Notes: generated from the letters alone by a model not told the origin. Shown: positions 35,995-49,159, counted from the whole stretch's first letter. The stretch: DNA of 62,135 bases, filler included, from Bipalium vagum (GCA_037834085.1; 3 parts of 3 records of this genome joined end to end with filler, not necessarily neighbours in it); one strand, 5' to 3'. Made by a program: numbers and translations.

Positions 35995-36700
35995 GATGGA
36001 TTTTAAGGACATGTCTTCACGAGATATATACATTAGAGATGTGATGCTCTATAGTTTTGTGCGGGATCAAATGCTTCGGAAATCGTTCCAAATATCTGTG
36101 CAGAATATCCGAATGGTATATATGAAAGAAAAGTTTGTTCGGGTTGGAGGAAATAAGTTCTATCCTGAAAATCTACAAGGAAAACGATGCTCTTTTCGAC
36201 CTGGATCTGAAGATGAAGTCTCGCAAGCTGGGACAAATTCCTGCCAAACATTACACAACAGTTTTAACCCACTTGAAGTCTATTGGGAAGTTTTCTTGTA
36301 CACTGTTTCGGTTTTGCACGAACTCTCTCAAGTTAACCTTTTGTCAAGAATTATGATCTGCTCTTCCTTACTTGCCACATTAAAATTGTGACCCTCTGCT
36401 TCGTTTGGTGACTGGGGGTGAGAAATGAGTCTCTATATCAATTCTAACCACACCTAAACCAGGCTTACACCCGACAAAAGTAATGGTTGAAAAGGAAGGG
36501 TGTATCGAAAAACCATTGGAAGTTTTGTTTGAATCAAAAAATGAAAAGTTCTTCAGAGATGGCATTGAGAGTTTATCTGAAAGACGGGAGAACATAATCA
36601 ATAATGATGACAATTATATTGTTCAGTTACCTTTAACCGAGAACTTTCATTTTGATTTATAAATTGTGAAAATATATCGGCGAAACACTCCCACCAAGCC
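35995..36700 (+). mobile_element. mariner, degenerate and deleted
   Basis: IRDVMLYSF, HLKSIGK, VLHELS, RLVTGGEK*VSI, LHPTKVMV, FFRDGIESLSERRENII. Confidence 0.8.
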
Positions 36701-36850
36701 AAAATGATACCCTTAGTGTTATGATGGTACGGCTGCGATCATTCAAATTCCATCAAATTCTTGACTCCCTTCATTCAAAGGTGTCAGTCTACTCAAACGT
36801 CTTTTGAAGCCTCAAGTCATGAATCCCATTCCGTGCAGCCGTCCCAGCGC

Positions 36851-36975
36851 AGGGTGGGGGTGATGTAACCAATTTTATTAATATCACACTCCAGGTAATA
36901 TCAAAATATGGTACCTAACCCTTTCTGTGATGTAAATTTATTTATGAAACTCTCCGAAGTCTCAATAAAACATTT
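36851..36975 (+). mobile_element. Gypsy-type polypurine tract and start of a 3' LTR
   Basis: AGGGTGGGGGTGA immediately followed by TGTAACC; AATAAA downstream. Confidence 0.45.
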
Positions 36976-37539
36976 TTTAATTTTTCTTATTACTTATGGA
37001 AAATGTTATTAGGAAGACGATACAAGGGTCTCCTCGCCAGTGCTTTTGAAGCTGTCCATCCATTTCTTCTTGCAATATTAACAACATGTTCCTGAGCTGG
37101 AGGCATGCAGTTCATTGGTGTCCTTTGAACCAAAGGGTACGAGGGCAAGTGTGAGAGCTTCCAGACATTATGAATTTGTTGGAGTGCATTTTTCAGTTAA
37201 CGGAACAATACAGTTTGCTCTTCTCATTGCTTCTGAATGCTCCCCCCACGATGTCTTGCAGTGGTTTCGGAGTATTTATAAATGATTGCTGAATAACCCC
37301 CGGTGGGTGCTGAGAAAATGTCGCTTATGAAAGAAATAAAATCTCTCCTGGAATGAATTACTGTCACGAATTAATTGATTAATGTTCGAAATTTGTTTTA
37401 ATGAATAACATTGAGTGCAGATTTAAAGTTGTAGTCCGCCACATTCAGATTTCCCTGAGACCATGAATAATGAAGAAATGATTATCAGACCTCGGTGGGC
37501 GTTCGTCGAAGGAGATAATTCAGTGACACTCGTGATGTA

Positions 37540-37900
37540 CTGAGAATTGATATTGTTTCTAATGGACAGTTGGACCCTGCTTTGCAAAATTTATATTAGG
37601 CTGAAAATCGTAGAGGTGGACATGGAACACTTCTGGATGACAAAGTATAGAACTCTTACATGGTCATCTTGCAGCAATACGGTTGATAAAGTCAGGAAGA
37701 TGTTCAATTGGATATCTCATGACCTGACCACGAAAAGGTCGACGAGTCGCTTGGAATCATCCCTAGCTCAGATGGATAAGAATAACTTGGATTCGTTTCT
37801 CGATGGAATAGTAACTGGTGATGAAAATTCCTTGTGATCAACTCAGGGATATTTTGAAGAAGTCTGCAACGTCAGCCTTGGATCATTTCATCAAACTCGA
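37540..37900 (+). mobile_element. mariner fragment
   Basis: KVRKMFNWISHDLT, FLDGIVTGDE. Confidence 0.7.
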
Positions 37901-37980
37901 CTGACCAACGGATATTTGTAGAGCAGCCATAACGTACCTTCTGGTGACCCTACATTATTTCTCTTCAATGTTTGTCTTTA

Positions 37981-38302
37981 CTATTTGGATTGTGGAAAAT
38001 AAATATTGTTGTCTTGACCTGCTCCTAAGGTCGATCTTATCAAGATGGCCGTGACAGACGAAACATATACAAATCCCTGTAGCAATTCATACCAAATGTT
38101 AACATTACGGTGATCTTTATAAACCAGGAATCCTATCGAAATGAGCATTGCGGGTAGTATCATTGGAAAAACAAATCGGAAAGATTCTTCTTCACTTTAT
38201 AATATTTTTGTATGAGGAAAATAACAACAATTTAAACCACAATGCCTTAAATACAACAATAAATGAGGAACATAGAGCATAAAACATACATAAATAGACC
38301 AT
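37981..38302 (-). CDS. Small multi-pass membrane protein, join(38241..38302, 37981..38194), about 91 aa (may be 5'-partial)
   Basis: A 46-nt GT-AG intron joins MVYLCMFYALCSSFIVVFKA in frame to FEEESFRFVFPMILPAMLISIGFLVY...IWYELLQGFVYVSSVTAILI. Three hydrophobic segments; CCAAT box about 55 nt upstream. Confidence 0.45.
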
Positions 38303-38996
38303 CACCTGTCGATTTCTCTTTGGTTGAAAATAGTAAAATTATCTGCGCTGTGATTGGTTGATTTTGTATAAATTATTTCTTCAACTGCTTTCATAAAATA
38401 TTTTATTATTCATATTTAAAAACTGAAGCCCAACATTGCCTTGTGAATGGTCTTGGAGAACCCCTGAGAAAACTTCATTCTCTCTCCAAAATGAAAACTT
38501 CGAAACCTTTTATAACACAACCAAGATAATCATTTTTCAGTCAAGTTTGTTTAATTGATCACACTTAAGTCTACAAATTTATCAACCAATCTGATGCAAA
38601 CAAATATCCCCAAATCTCTTCTAAACGATAACAGTCTAATGACATTATTTAAGTTGCTTTCTTTCAAGATATAACACGATTTTCGCAGTTTTCCGAATCT
38701 GAGGAGGACGTCTGAATGTAGGTCTTTGAAGGACTAGTATTATGGATCAAAATTAATTATGGGGTCCTTTGTATATTACAAAACGTAAACATTTTATTTC
38801 AATAAAATCAATTTAAACCCATTTAAGAAATTCTTTATTGAAGTGTGTGTGTGTGATATTTGTTTGACTAATACCATTGGCGTATCACATTTAAATTTTC
38901 ATAACAATAATTCGATATTAATTTGTTGGGTTTACCAAGACACCCCCCGGGGAAAAATAAATAATAAAAACTATAAATAATGTATAAATAATAATA

Positions 38997-39096
38997 NNNN
39001 NNNNNNNNNNNNNNNNNNNNNNNNNNNNNNNNNNNNNNNNTTAATTAATTAANNNNNNNNNNNNNNNNNNNNNNNNNNNNNNNNNNNNNNNNNNNN
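38997..39096. other. Artificial scaffold-joining linker (N44-TTAATTAATTAA-N44)
   Basis: Identical 100-nt structure to 20407-20506. Confidence 0.95.
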
Positions 39097-39260
39097 AATT
39101 TGAAATGCGTTTACTCAAAAGCCGATGTTGTCACTGTTATGTTTCACTTGACATGATTAGAAATTCATGCAGGAAAAAGATCTACTCGTGATTGAAAAGA
39201 TAATGTATTGATGAAGCTCTATGAAATATGATAGTTATAATAAATTTAAGATATAATTTA

Positions 39261-40439
39261 TTATGTTGTAAATAAAGTTTGCGAACAAGCTTAACATTAA
39301 TTTTTTTTAGGTATTTCGATCTTAGAATTTATTTTTCTTGTCAAAAGTAATGTCACATAATCAATTTTTTTATAATTTACTTTGATTTTAGAAAATTATT
39401 TTTGATGGAAAATATCTTATACTGGTTATAAGATTACAAAATTCAAGATTCGGGTGTTGCTACGTCATTACTGGAAAGCATTGACAATAGAGATGCCACA
39501 GATAAAATCAATAAAATTGAAGGCGAAAAGATAATCGGTAGACCTGTTGCGTGCAAGTGATACAATCGTTTCAATGAAAACAACTCTGATTTTGAAGACC
39601 GCCATCATTCTGAACGACCTACTGTTTCAAACAAAAGTGACTTACAACGAGCATTGGATGTGGAACCATCAGCAAGCACTATCGACTGTACTTGACCTTT
39701 CTCACTTGACAGTATGGAATAGATTGCAGAAACTTCGTTTAGTTCAAAAGAATCCGCACCAAGATCCGCAAGAACTCACCGACGCACAAGCAAACAAGTA
39801 AGTCGAAATTTGCCGTAAATTGCTCAACTTTCCATTGGAAAGTCGATTCTGAAAGCGAATTATGACGTCGGACTAGAAATGGGTGTATTTAGTCAACCAT
39901 AATCGAGACAAATGATGGGTTCAGAAGCGACAAAAGACACCTTCAATTCCAAAGCAAAGTAGAAAATTCGTGCTTTTTGTTTGGTGGAACTTTGAAGGGT
40001 TTGTACACTTTGAATTGGCTAAGAACAACTGCACTAGCAACTTGAACGCGTCTACCACAAGCTTAAGGAAAAATACCCGAATATGGTAAACCGAAATGAC
40101 AACCCCATACTGCACAAGTGCAGAAAAGAGCAAAGACAAATTACAGGAGTTTTATGGAATTGCACCCAAATTACGACCTTGTGCACCATCCGCTTACGGT
40201 CTGTTTCGGTCTATGCAACACTTTCTTAAAGGATGCAAGTTCGAAGATTGTCAAGAGTTCTTTGATTCGATGCTGTTCGAACGGTACTTTGACCAGATCT
40301 GGAAGCTTGCACTTCCATGCCACAAATTGATTGATAATGACGGACTTTATTTTGAGAAATAGTTGTCTTTATTTTGAATAAATTTATGCTCAAAAACATT
40401 TCAGTTTTTTATCGTCCGGGAACTTTATTTACAACCTAG
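39261..40439 (+). mobile_element. mariner, near full length, degenerate
   Basis: TIRs TTATGTTGTAAATAAAGTT / AACTTTATTTACAACCTAG; RVLLRHYWK, RIMTSD*KWVY, FVWWNFEG, APSAYGLFRSMQHFL, LIDNDGLYFE. Confidence 0.9.
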
Positions 40440-40749
40440 TCTTTGAATATGAGGCCTGGACTATACCAAGAAGTAAAACAATTTCATTAGATTTAAAAGT
40501 TGTGTATAAAGCATTTATTTTGTATAACTGTCAATTGAGACTAATTTCTGTTGTTTCATCAGATCAAAAATAAATCTATTTAATGAAACTGTCTTCCAAT
40601 TATAAAATCCATTTTTAAACTATCAGTTTAAGGAATAAGAAATTTCGTATTTTAATTTCATAGTTGTAGGTTTGCTTAATTCTTAACTAATGTGCAATTA
40701 TTTGAATTCATTTATGAGTTTATGAATGTATTGATCTTTGAATATTTAT

Positions 40750-41250
40750 TCCAATAACTTTAAAACTTCCAGTTCTAAAATGATATATTTTGCAAAGGTG
40801 TATTTTCGGGACTCCATATTCTTCCCTTTCAACACAGCGGTTGTGAGCAAAAACATATGTGCAAGATATATAGATTAGTGTTAGTCAATACCAGAATTTG
40901 CATAAAGTAATTTAGATTTTGAAGACCAATCAAGGTCGGGGCTCTAATTACAAGGGATGAAGAAATTTTGAGAGCAGTCATCGAATCAAATCCCCGTCAA
41001 ACCGAGCCATGATTGTAATCAGAAAACCACTTGGAATCATTTAAAAACCATTGAGAAGATCATCAAACTGACTATTTGGATACCGTTCAATTTGATAAAT
41101 AGAATTCAAATAACTATCACTTGATCTGCACTACTCTCCTGATTTCAAACTGATGCATTTCTTGATAGATAACTTGAGATGAGGAAATTAATTCTCTACG
41201 TCAACAACAAAAGAGGTAGGCAATGGTTAAAACTTAACCACGGATCCTGT
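40750..41250 (+). mobile_element. mariner 5' fragment
   Basis: DFEDQSRSG, LRAVIESNPRQT, WNHLKTI, WIPFNL remnants. Confidence 0.7.
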
Positions 41251-43089
41251 CTACTATAAAATATTTAATATTTCCCAATCAAATCATATTAATTGTATCA
41301 TCATATGTATTGTATTAATCTTTACTTTTAACATATTTTTCATATTACAATTATTCTTAGCTTGATATCTCTTATAAGCAGAATAAGAGTCGGGTGGATG
41401 ATATTGTTGTTAAATTTTAGATAATCATTGTTATGATGAAGTAAATGTTTAAAGAAACAAAGATAAACCAGTAGGAATCCTGGAAGTGGATGATCTCGGA
41501 TTGCGAATTTTCCAATAAAAAATTCTTCATAGTTCCAATAAGCACAAATAGGAATAGGGATAGGAATCTTAGACTTCATAATCTTCAAAGTTATCAAACA
41601 TGAACTCAATCTCAATTCAAGAAGGCTCAAAGGAGGCCAAAATTCGAATTATAATAATGTAAAAAAGAAAGATAAAATTAAATAAATGTGAAAAAATAAA
41701 TAAAAAATTATATTATCTATTTAAATTTTATTTTATTTTTAAACAATATTATTCAGATTATAAATATTAATAATATTGAAATTAGGGATTTTAATTCATT
41801 TAAACACAGGCGACACCGAAATTTCAGAAATTCAAAAAAATTATAAATAAATAAACAATTATATAAATAAAAAGAATTATAAAAAGTCGCAGTTTTGGAC
41901 AGCCTAAAATATGGAAATTAACAGAATTGGAACATTACATAAATATTAAAAATCTGTTTATGATGAATATTTTTGAATATTTTTTAATTTATTCTGATAA
42001 CTGCCAATCACATATATCAAAAATGAAAATTATTTATCCTAATTTATAGATTTTTATAATAAAATCAAATGGCCGAGCTTGTCAAATACTGCTTCATTCT
42101 TCTCCATTTAATTTTGAGTTCTTTACAATATTTATTGTGTTTATCGTACAATAAAATAATAATATTATTATTATTATTAAATTACATTAATATTTACTAT
42201 CATGTAAGAAATACTAAAAAAAACTAAAAAATCGGAATTATAAAATTTTTATAATAATTATAATAACTGCTTTTCCGTTAATAGAAAAATCAGCAGTAAA
42301 GAAATAATCACAGACTATTATTTTTTTTATTTTCGACAATAAATTAAAAAAGTATTTCTTAAAGGACCTTTTTACTAATATTAAATTTTAATTATCGTTC
42401 CCTATATTTTTTACATTTTTTTACACATTCAAATGTTACGAAATAACAAAGAAAAATATATATATAACTAATTTATATTAAAAACAATTATTTTATGTAT
42501 AATAAAATTAGTGGGAAAGTAAAATGATATTGTTAAATGTCAGACTCAATCAATAATGATAAAGCTGTCTAAACCAAATTTTTAAAATAAGGTGCAGATA
42601 CCTTTTTCCAAATACTCATCACTTATACTTTATGTACTTTTACAAGTGGTTGATTAAAGTCTTTTAGTCTTATGCTATTACATTCTGAGAAAAATCGTCA
42701 GCACTGTGATATACGAACCTGGTGATATAAATATTTGATTTTTTTATATAAAAACTTGGATCGAGCAACTTAACATAAACTGTTTGTATCAGGAGAATTT
42801 ATTCGGGAGTAATATCAGAAGTACTTTTTAAATATTAAAGTTCAATATTTAAATTGTAAAAAATTTTATTAAGGGTTGACAAAAAATTATTTCAAATCGA
42901 CAAATACAAAAGAATAAATTTAAAAGATGTAAGAAATTTAAATTTTTTTAAAAACACATGATTTAAACATGAAATTTATACACTAAATCGAAACAATTGA
43001 TATAACACCTAATTTGAAATAAATAATTTTCAATTAATTAATAATAAATAATTTGACAATTATTATTATTATTGGTATAATTTTTTTTA

Positions 43090-43290
43090 CTATAAGACCA
43101 GAGAAAAAGAGTAAAAGAAAAGACAGAGTACCATTCAGTATCAACTCTGAATGGCCTTCAGTTAAGAAATTTGTTTCTCCGTTCTACTTGATGAGGAGTA
43201 CACAAAAAAGAGGATACTAAGAAATATCAAATAAGGAATTGAATTATTTAATCCTAAACTTTGCTGATCCAGTCAAAACTAATATTAAAT
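43090..43290 (+). mobile_element. Solo-LTR family member
   Basis: Core CCTTCAGTTAAGAAA..TCTCCGTTCTACTTGATGAGGAGTACACAAAAAAG..ATTATTTAATCCT shared with the other copies. Confidence 0.55.
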
Positions 43291-43313
43291 AACTTTAACA
43301 TATCATAACAATA

Positions 43314-46025
43314 CACTCAATTCTCTTTTTATGCGGTAAATACGGACCAGAAAAAGTCGCGCATAAAAAACATATATTTACATACAAAATAATAGATAAG
43401 GACCACCGTTCTGAAAATTTTTATCTAATGATCCTCCATTGGAATTTGAAAAAAAAATTTTTAATGTTATTTTTAGGGTCTCAACTGTTTATAAATACGA
43501 AAAATAGCAATTAAACAAAAAACATGAAAAAAAGCCTTTTTTATTATTATTAATACATAAAATAGTCAGTCTGTGATTGCTTGGATAAGTTTTTATAGAT
43601 TTCTCGGTAACCTGACTTACAAAATTTCAGATCACATGTAAATTTTAAGGCACGCTCTGAATCGTTGTCATTTAATAGAAAATGATTTTCCAATTTACTT
43701 ACAAGTTGAAGGCCTTCAAAAATTTAATTGGCACTAAGTGGGACTGATTTTTCTTCTGATTCATGGTCTTCAAAAGGATCTTCGATAGGATCTAATTCCA
43801 AACTTTCTAAAATTTCTTTGACATTTAAGGCTCTTTCTCAAGCAATTCTTCAATATCGTTCTCGTCAAATTTATTAAAGCCTTCGCCACCAATTGCTTTG
43901 GTCAATGAAATAATTTCTGATGATATGGTTGTTATTTGATTTGGCACATGTTTATTAAATACGCATTCAGGCCGAACTTCTTTCCAACATGCGTTTAATG
44001 TGTATGGTTTAATTTCAGCATTTGCTAATGCAACTTGGATTATACAGCTTAAAATATTAAAATCATTCCAAACATCTGTAACTGTCATTGATTCAGTTTC
44101 TAGTTTATCGAAAATGTAATGAAAGGTTGACTTTAAATAATATTTTTTGGCTTCCGAAATAGTCTCCTGATCTAATGGTTGAATTAAGTTAGTTTTTGGA
44201 AGGATACAAATTATCTGTGTTGTATATAATATAATTCCATGTATTTGTTTAAATAATTCAAATATAACTTCACTAACTTTAAATAATTTTAAGTTTTAAT
44301 AATAAATTACAATTACCAGATAAGAAAAAAGAAGAGCTCATATTGTATTTGATTAATTAACATAAAAAAGCTAATAAAAATAATGTATTAATCTACACTA
44401 ATAGTAGGAATTTCTAAACCGTGTCCTAATATACTTATTCTTAGTTTCTTAGCTATTTCTGAAAAATAATGCATCCTAAATGATTCTATATTTTCAGATT
44501 CCTCTGAAGATAGTATTGGTATATGAACATTTTCATTTTCCGCATATAGATTTGCAAACCTATTAAATCCCGAAATATTTAACATTTCCAAGGCTGGTGC
44601 TGCATTTATGGCTCTGTTTTTTTATGTTATATTGATAAACCGTAGGTTTAAGTATAGTAACCCATTTATTGCATCGATTAGTTTGCATAATCGATAATAA
44701 CATTCGTTTAATCGTGAAATTAAACCTTTCTACCTGACCCTGAGTTCTTGGATGATATGGTCGTCCATGCACTTGCCTAATATTAAATTTAGAACATAGT
44801 GCTGAGATTTTATTATTCTTAAATTCACCACCATTCTGTGTATGTAACGCCTATGGAATAAAGCAGCTATGAAACAAGTCTTGAAAAGGTATATAGATTT
44901 CATCAGCCATTTTTGTCATCCATGAATAAGACCAGGTGAATTTAGTTCTGCAATCTATGATATTCAATATATATTGAAAACCAAAATTTTCGTCTGCAAA
45001 CTGAAGCATGTAGGTAATGTCTGCTGGAAAACGATCTAATTTATTATTAATGATAATTGTAGTTGTCTGTTCAACGACAGTATTCACTGTTCTATAAGAA
45101 CAAATATCGCATGAAAATAAGCAATTTTTAACATCTAATTGCTTAATATTATAAAACTTTTGTTTCAATTCCGCATAAATAGCATTTATTCCTCGATGTG
45201 AATATAAATGAAAATCTTAAATACATGCAATTTTCTTTCTTCGTTAAAATCTTCAATATATTCTAAAGGTCCGTGTTTTGGTGTATTGGTGAAGATACGG
45301 CTGTTTATTATTACCATTTTTAAAATTTTTTTTAGATATTTTATTAAAGTGTGGCAACAATACCTCTTTTAAGTAATTTAAAATTTCAGTATATTCTTCT
45401 TTGCTTGTAATTTTAAGATTAGTCCGCATTTTTAATCTAAAATGTAAATAAAATAATCAAATTATCAAAATCATAAAATAAACATAATTAAATAATTATT
45501 AAAACTTAAAATTATTTAAGGTTAATGAAGTTATATTGAAGTAATTTAAACAAATACATGGAATTATATTATATACAACTCTTTCATATAAATTTTGTCT
45601 TCAGGTACGAAGCAGTTATTAAACCACTGAGTAAAAATAGTTGTATAGCCCAAGTTACTTTGTTTGCCATAAAATGTACAGGTAGCTTATTTTGATCTAT
45701 TCCTTTAATTGCACGTAGTTTTAAAGATCGATTTACAAGCAGTGGTTTCAACACTATCTCCAGATTAATTTCTGCAAACCAGTAAAGCACCTCGATCTTT
45801 GGCAGCTTGAAAACCACTTGCAGATTATTCGGAACTTGCTATATAGGTAATATTGGGCATATTTATATTGGCATATATATTTTTTCCAAAATAATCCGGT
45901 TTCGTCAGCGTTGAAGATTTGAATAAAACCGTATACAATTATATACAAAATATATATACATTTTTAAAAGTCGCATAAAAAATAAGCCGCATAACTTTAA
46001 AATCGCATAAAAAGAGAATTGAGTT
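43314..46025 (-). mobile_element. Tigger/pogo transposon, internally deleted and split by a Ginger2 insertion
   Basis: TA-flanked TIRs CACTCAATTCTCTTTTTATGCG / CGCATAAAAAGAGAATTGAGTT; QIFNADETGLFWK, LIQPLDQETI, TLNACWKEVRPECV, GGEGF..DIEELL. Confidence 0.9.
44218..45580 (-). mobile_element. Ginger2/TDD-type integrase-encoding DNA transposon with about 95-bp TIRs, degenerate
   Basis: Long near-perfect TIRs starting (T/A)GTTGTATATAATATAATTCCATGTATTTG. HHCC zinc finger (SHRGINA..CDIC) and rve core (ADITYM, IIDCRTKFTW, HTQNGGEFKN, GRPYHPRTQGQVERFN). No RT or gag. Confidence 0.85.
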
Positions 46026-46534
46026 TATTTTAGTTATTACGTTATTACACAATCGACAACCCCGTTTTTAAAAGCACCCCGTTATAATGGACATTTTCAC
46101 GCTCTACAAACCTGCCCTTACAACGGTGTTTGACTGTATATGTAAAAGTAAAAGTAAAAGCATGGATAAAAAATTACCTTTATAGATCTAAGGTATATTT
46201 AGGCTCATTATTTCTGCGATTTGCTTTTTTGAATATAATCTATAATCCTTCTTCGCATTTCGTTGTTTATCATTTTTGAGTTTTAAATTTGTGTTCCTTT
46301 TTTTTATAAACAAATATATTTTTATATCAAATATAAAAATTTTAAATAAAATTTTAAATTTTTGTAATTGAATCTTAAATATTTGAAATGTGAGGTTAAA
46401 CCCTGTAATTTGATTAATAAGATAAAACTGAATTAAAACCACCATCGACTTTGATAATACAATTCATTAATAACTTTTATTGTTTTCTTTTAAAAGACAA
46501 AGCAAAATGAATCTCCATCAAATATCAAATTATA

Positions 46535-47626
46535 CAGTGTCAATTAAAAGCCTTTAAAACTTTATGAGTGGATAGCAAAAGAACCCATCAATGGAACTTA
46601 TAATTTTTAAATTAAAACAAAGACATTTAGAGAACATTTGATCATTTTCAATGTTCTCCAATAGCTTCCTTACGCAGACGTAGTCTATCAGAAATAGAGA
46701 ACAAAATTCCATTGATATGTTTGGGAATGCATCAATGATTTGAAATCTTGAAATGAAAAAAATGGTTTTAAACAAGCTATCTGCTTAATATGCCCCCACA
46801 CAAAATAGATAATGGGGTTAGGTCGGTGACTGTGGTGGTCAATCCCTTGCTCCTCATCTGTCAATCCACTTTCCAAGAAAATTCTGCTATTGTCAATCTA
46901 TAATTTCTAAAGAGCTTTGAGGAAACTGGAATAATTATTTAAAAGCATAACAAAAATAAGCCTTCAACATAATCAAGTAATTTGTGCATGTCACATTTTC
47001 GGAAAAGAAATAAATTTAAATCAGGACACCAGCATAAACACAGACCCTGATGACACCGGACGAATTGATTAGATGAGAATTGTCTAAACAGCAGTAAACG
47101 CTGTGATGTCAGTTCACAAAGCCACCGATATGAAATTTAGCTTTGTCATTCCACAGAATATTTTTTAAAATGGCTACTGATATATGCATCTCTGTCACTT
47201 GAAGTGAGAAATTCCTCACAAAACTCAACTCGTGTTAAAATCATTTTCTGTCAAAAATTGAATAAATCTAGGGATGTACGGTATAAAATGCAACGTCTTC
47301 ACTTCTTTACGAGCTGTTTCGTGTAAAGCATTACATTTATTGGTCAGCCCCTTAAGTGATATATTGAATTTTTTTGTAACAGCTGATTAATCTTTTCATT
47401 CAAAATTTTCCACTCTTGGCTGTTTGACGTCAACTTTTTGGTGCATTAAAGACAATTCTCATTTTGAGAAAATTTTTAAATATTGCGTCTATCGTTGGTC
47501 TACTAAGTTGATAATTATTCATTTCCTGTTTCCATATCCCTTTAATAGATCTGAATTTTTATTGGTTAGTTAAACATATATTTCAATTCAATAATTTGAT
47601 TCGCTTTTCATACCCGACAAGCGATG
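46535..47626 (-). mobile_element. Tc1/mariner-superfamily transposon, highly decayed
   Basis: TA-CAGTGTC terminus; TRVEFCEEF, FGGFVN*HHS, SVFMLVS, IDHHSHRPNPIIYFVWGHIKQI remnants. Confidence 0.65.
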
Positions 47627-47863
47627 TATAAACTAAAATAAAAATAATTATATTATAATTTTACATAGTATTAAAATTCAACCTGCATTCGGCAATAGTT
47701 AAGCTAAACAAAATTAAATATTCAACGATATATTACACTTTAAATTGTAAAACTACTTGATTGACATTACCTTAATCAATAGAAGTAAATTTAATAAAAA
47801 GATGTAAACATAATAGACAATTTAACATTTTTCAAGACTATTGAGAGTTTTTTCCTATGATTA

Positions 47864-48065
47864 GTAGGGTGGTGCAAAAGTTCGTTCTCAGAATCTGAAG
47901 CTGAAATTGTGGCGGCTTGTAAAGAGTTTTTCGAATCAGATAAGAATTCTAGCAGATTGGTGGCGTAAAATCATTGAAGCTGATGGACTTTTTTTTAAAG
48001 AATAATGTTATTGTTGTAAATAAAGAAATACATAATTTTGAGCACGAACCTTTCCATTACCCTAT
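47864..48065 (+). mobile_element. mariner-derived MITE
   Basis: TIRs GTAGGGTGGTGCAAAAGTTCGTTCTCA / TGAGCACGAACCTTTCCATTACCCTA; C-terminal WRKIIEADGLFF. Confidence 0.75.
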
Positions 48066-48294
48066 TATTATTAATTTGATTTATAATGTTAAATTCATTA
48101 TAAATTTTCAAAATAATAGATAAGGATAATTATAGTTAAATTTCTTTTTTTGTTTAAAATATCATCAAAAATATTTGTCAATTTGTATCAATCTATCAGC
48201 TTGACGTATTAATTAAGTCTGATTATAATTTTTAATTTATTATTGGTTTTAATATTGTTATTATTTAATTTCCATTAAATATTTATTTCGCCAC

Positions 48295-48327
<33 letters not shown>

Positions 48328-48655
48328 TTGTTTGAATTGCATCCGAAGTATCGCTAAAGGACTTTATAAAAACAAACGGCAGCACTCGAGTCTTTCTAAA
48401 ATAAATTATGAATATTGAATTCAGAATAATTGAGTATTATATTTCATTACTATTATTACATTAAAATTTAGAAATAGTCAAAAACGTAACAAAATCAATT
48501 TATTCTTTATTCACCAGATTTATATTCTCATAAATTAATTATGGAAATTTGATTTAAAGCTTAATTTGATTAGAATTTTCGAAAAAAGTAAATCTATATA
48601 CGAAAGAGATTGAATCAAAGACAATTCGAATAAAAAATCATATATATAATTAATT

Positions 48656-48682
48656 TGTCACTACTACTACTACTACTACTAC

Positions 48683-48720
<38 letters not shown>
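48656..48720 (+). repeat. Compound (CTA)n(ATA)n microsatellite
   Basis: Visible directly in the sequence. Confidence 0.9.
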
Positions 48721-48724
<4 letters not shown>

Positions 48725-49159
48725 TAATATCTCTAAAAGCTTTCGGGAGTAAAGTTTCTCCAAAATCAGATAGCATTTTATCAAATAGAATTTTATTATA
48801 CTTATACTTTGAAACTGGTTTCTATTTATTATATTTATTTCTATTTGCATCATTAATCATTAGTGTAAGTCACAGGATCGAAGATGATCAGCCCCGGTTC
48901 TGAACATAGTAAGATAATATTCAAATACTAGAAATAATAATCAGGTAATAATGTTGAGATTTTTGAGAACTTTGTATTCCTATGAACTTTCAGTCATATT
49001 ATTTCTAATGACAACTGTTTATTTTTTAATTATATTTTTTTCTTATTTTATTAACAAAATACTTAATTTGTTGTCATAAATTAAAGCTATAGCACACTAA
49101 GCGTCAACTATTATATTCTATTATAGAGTATATATTATTAAATATTGATAAAAAAAATT

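Noticed and set aside
43185-43225. TTGATGAG..GAAA as a hammerhead ribozyme core
   Set aside because: The core is not CUGANGA, flanking stems are absent and the motif is not kept in sister copies.
43646-43665. TAAGGCACGC.. resembling miR-124
   Set aside because: It lies within Tigger transposase coding sequence, diverges after 10 nt and has no hairpin partner.
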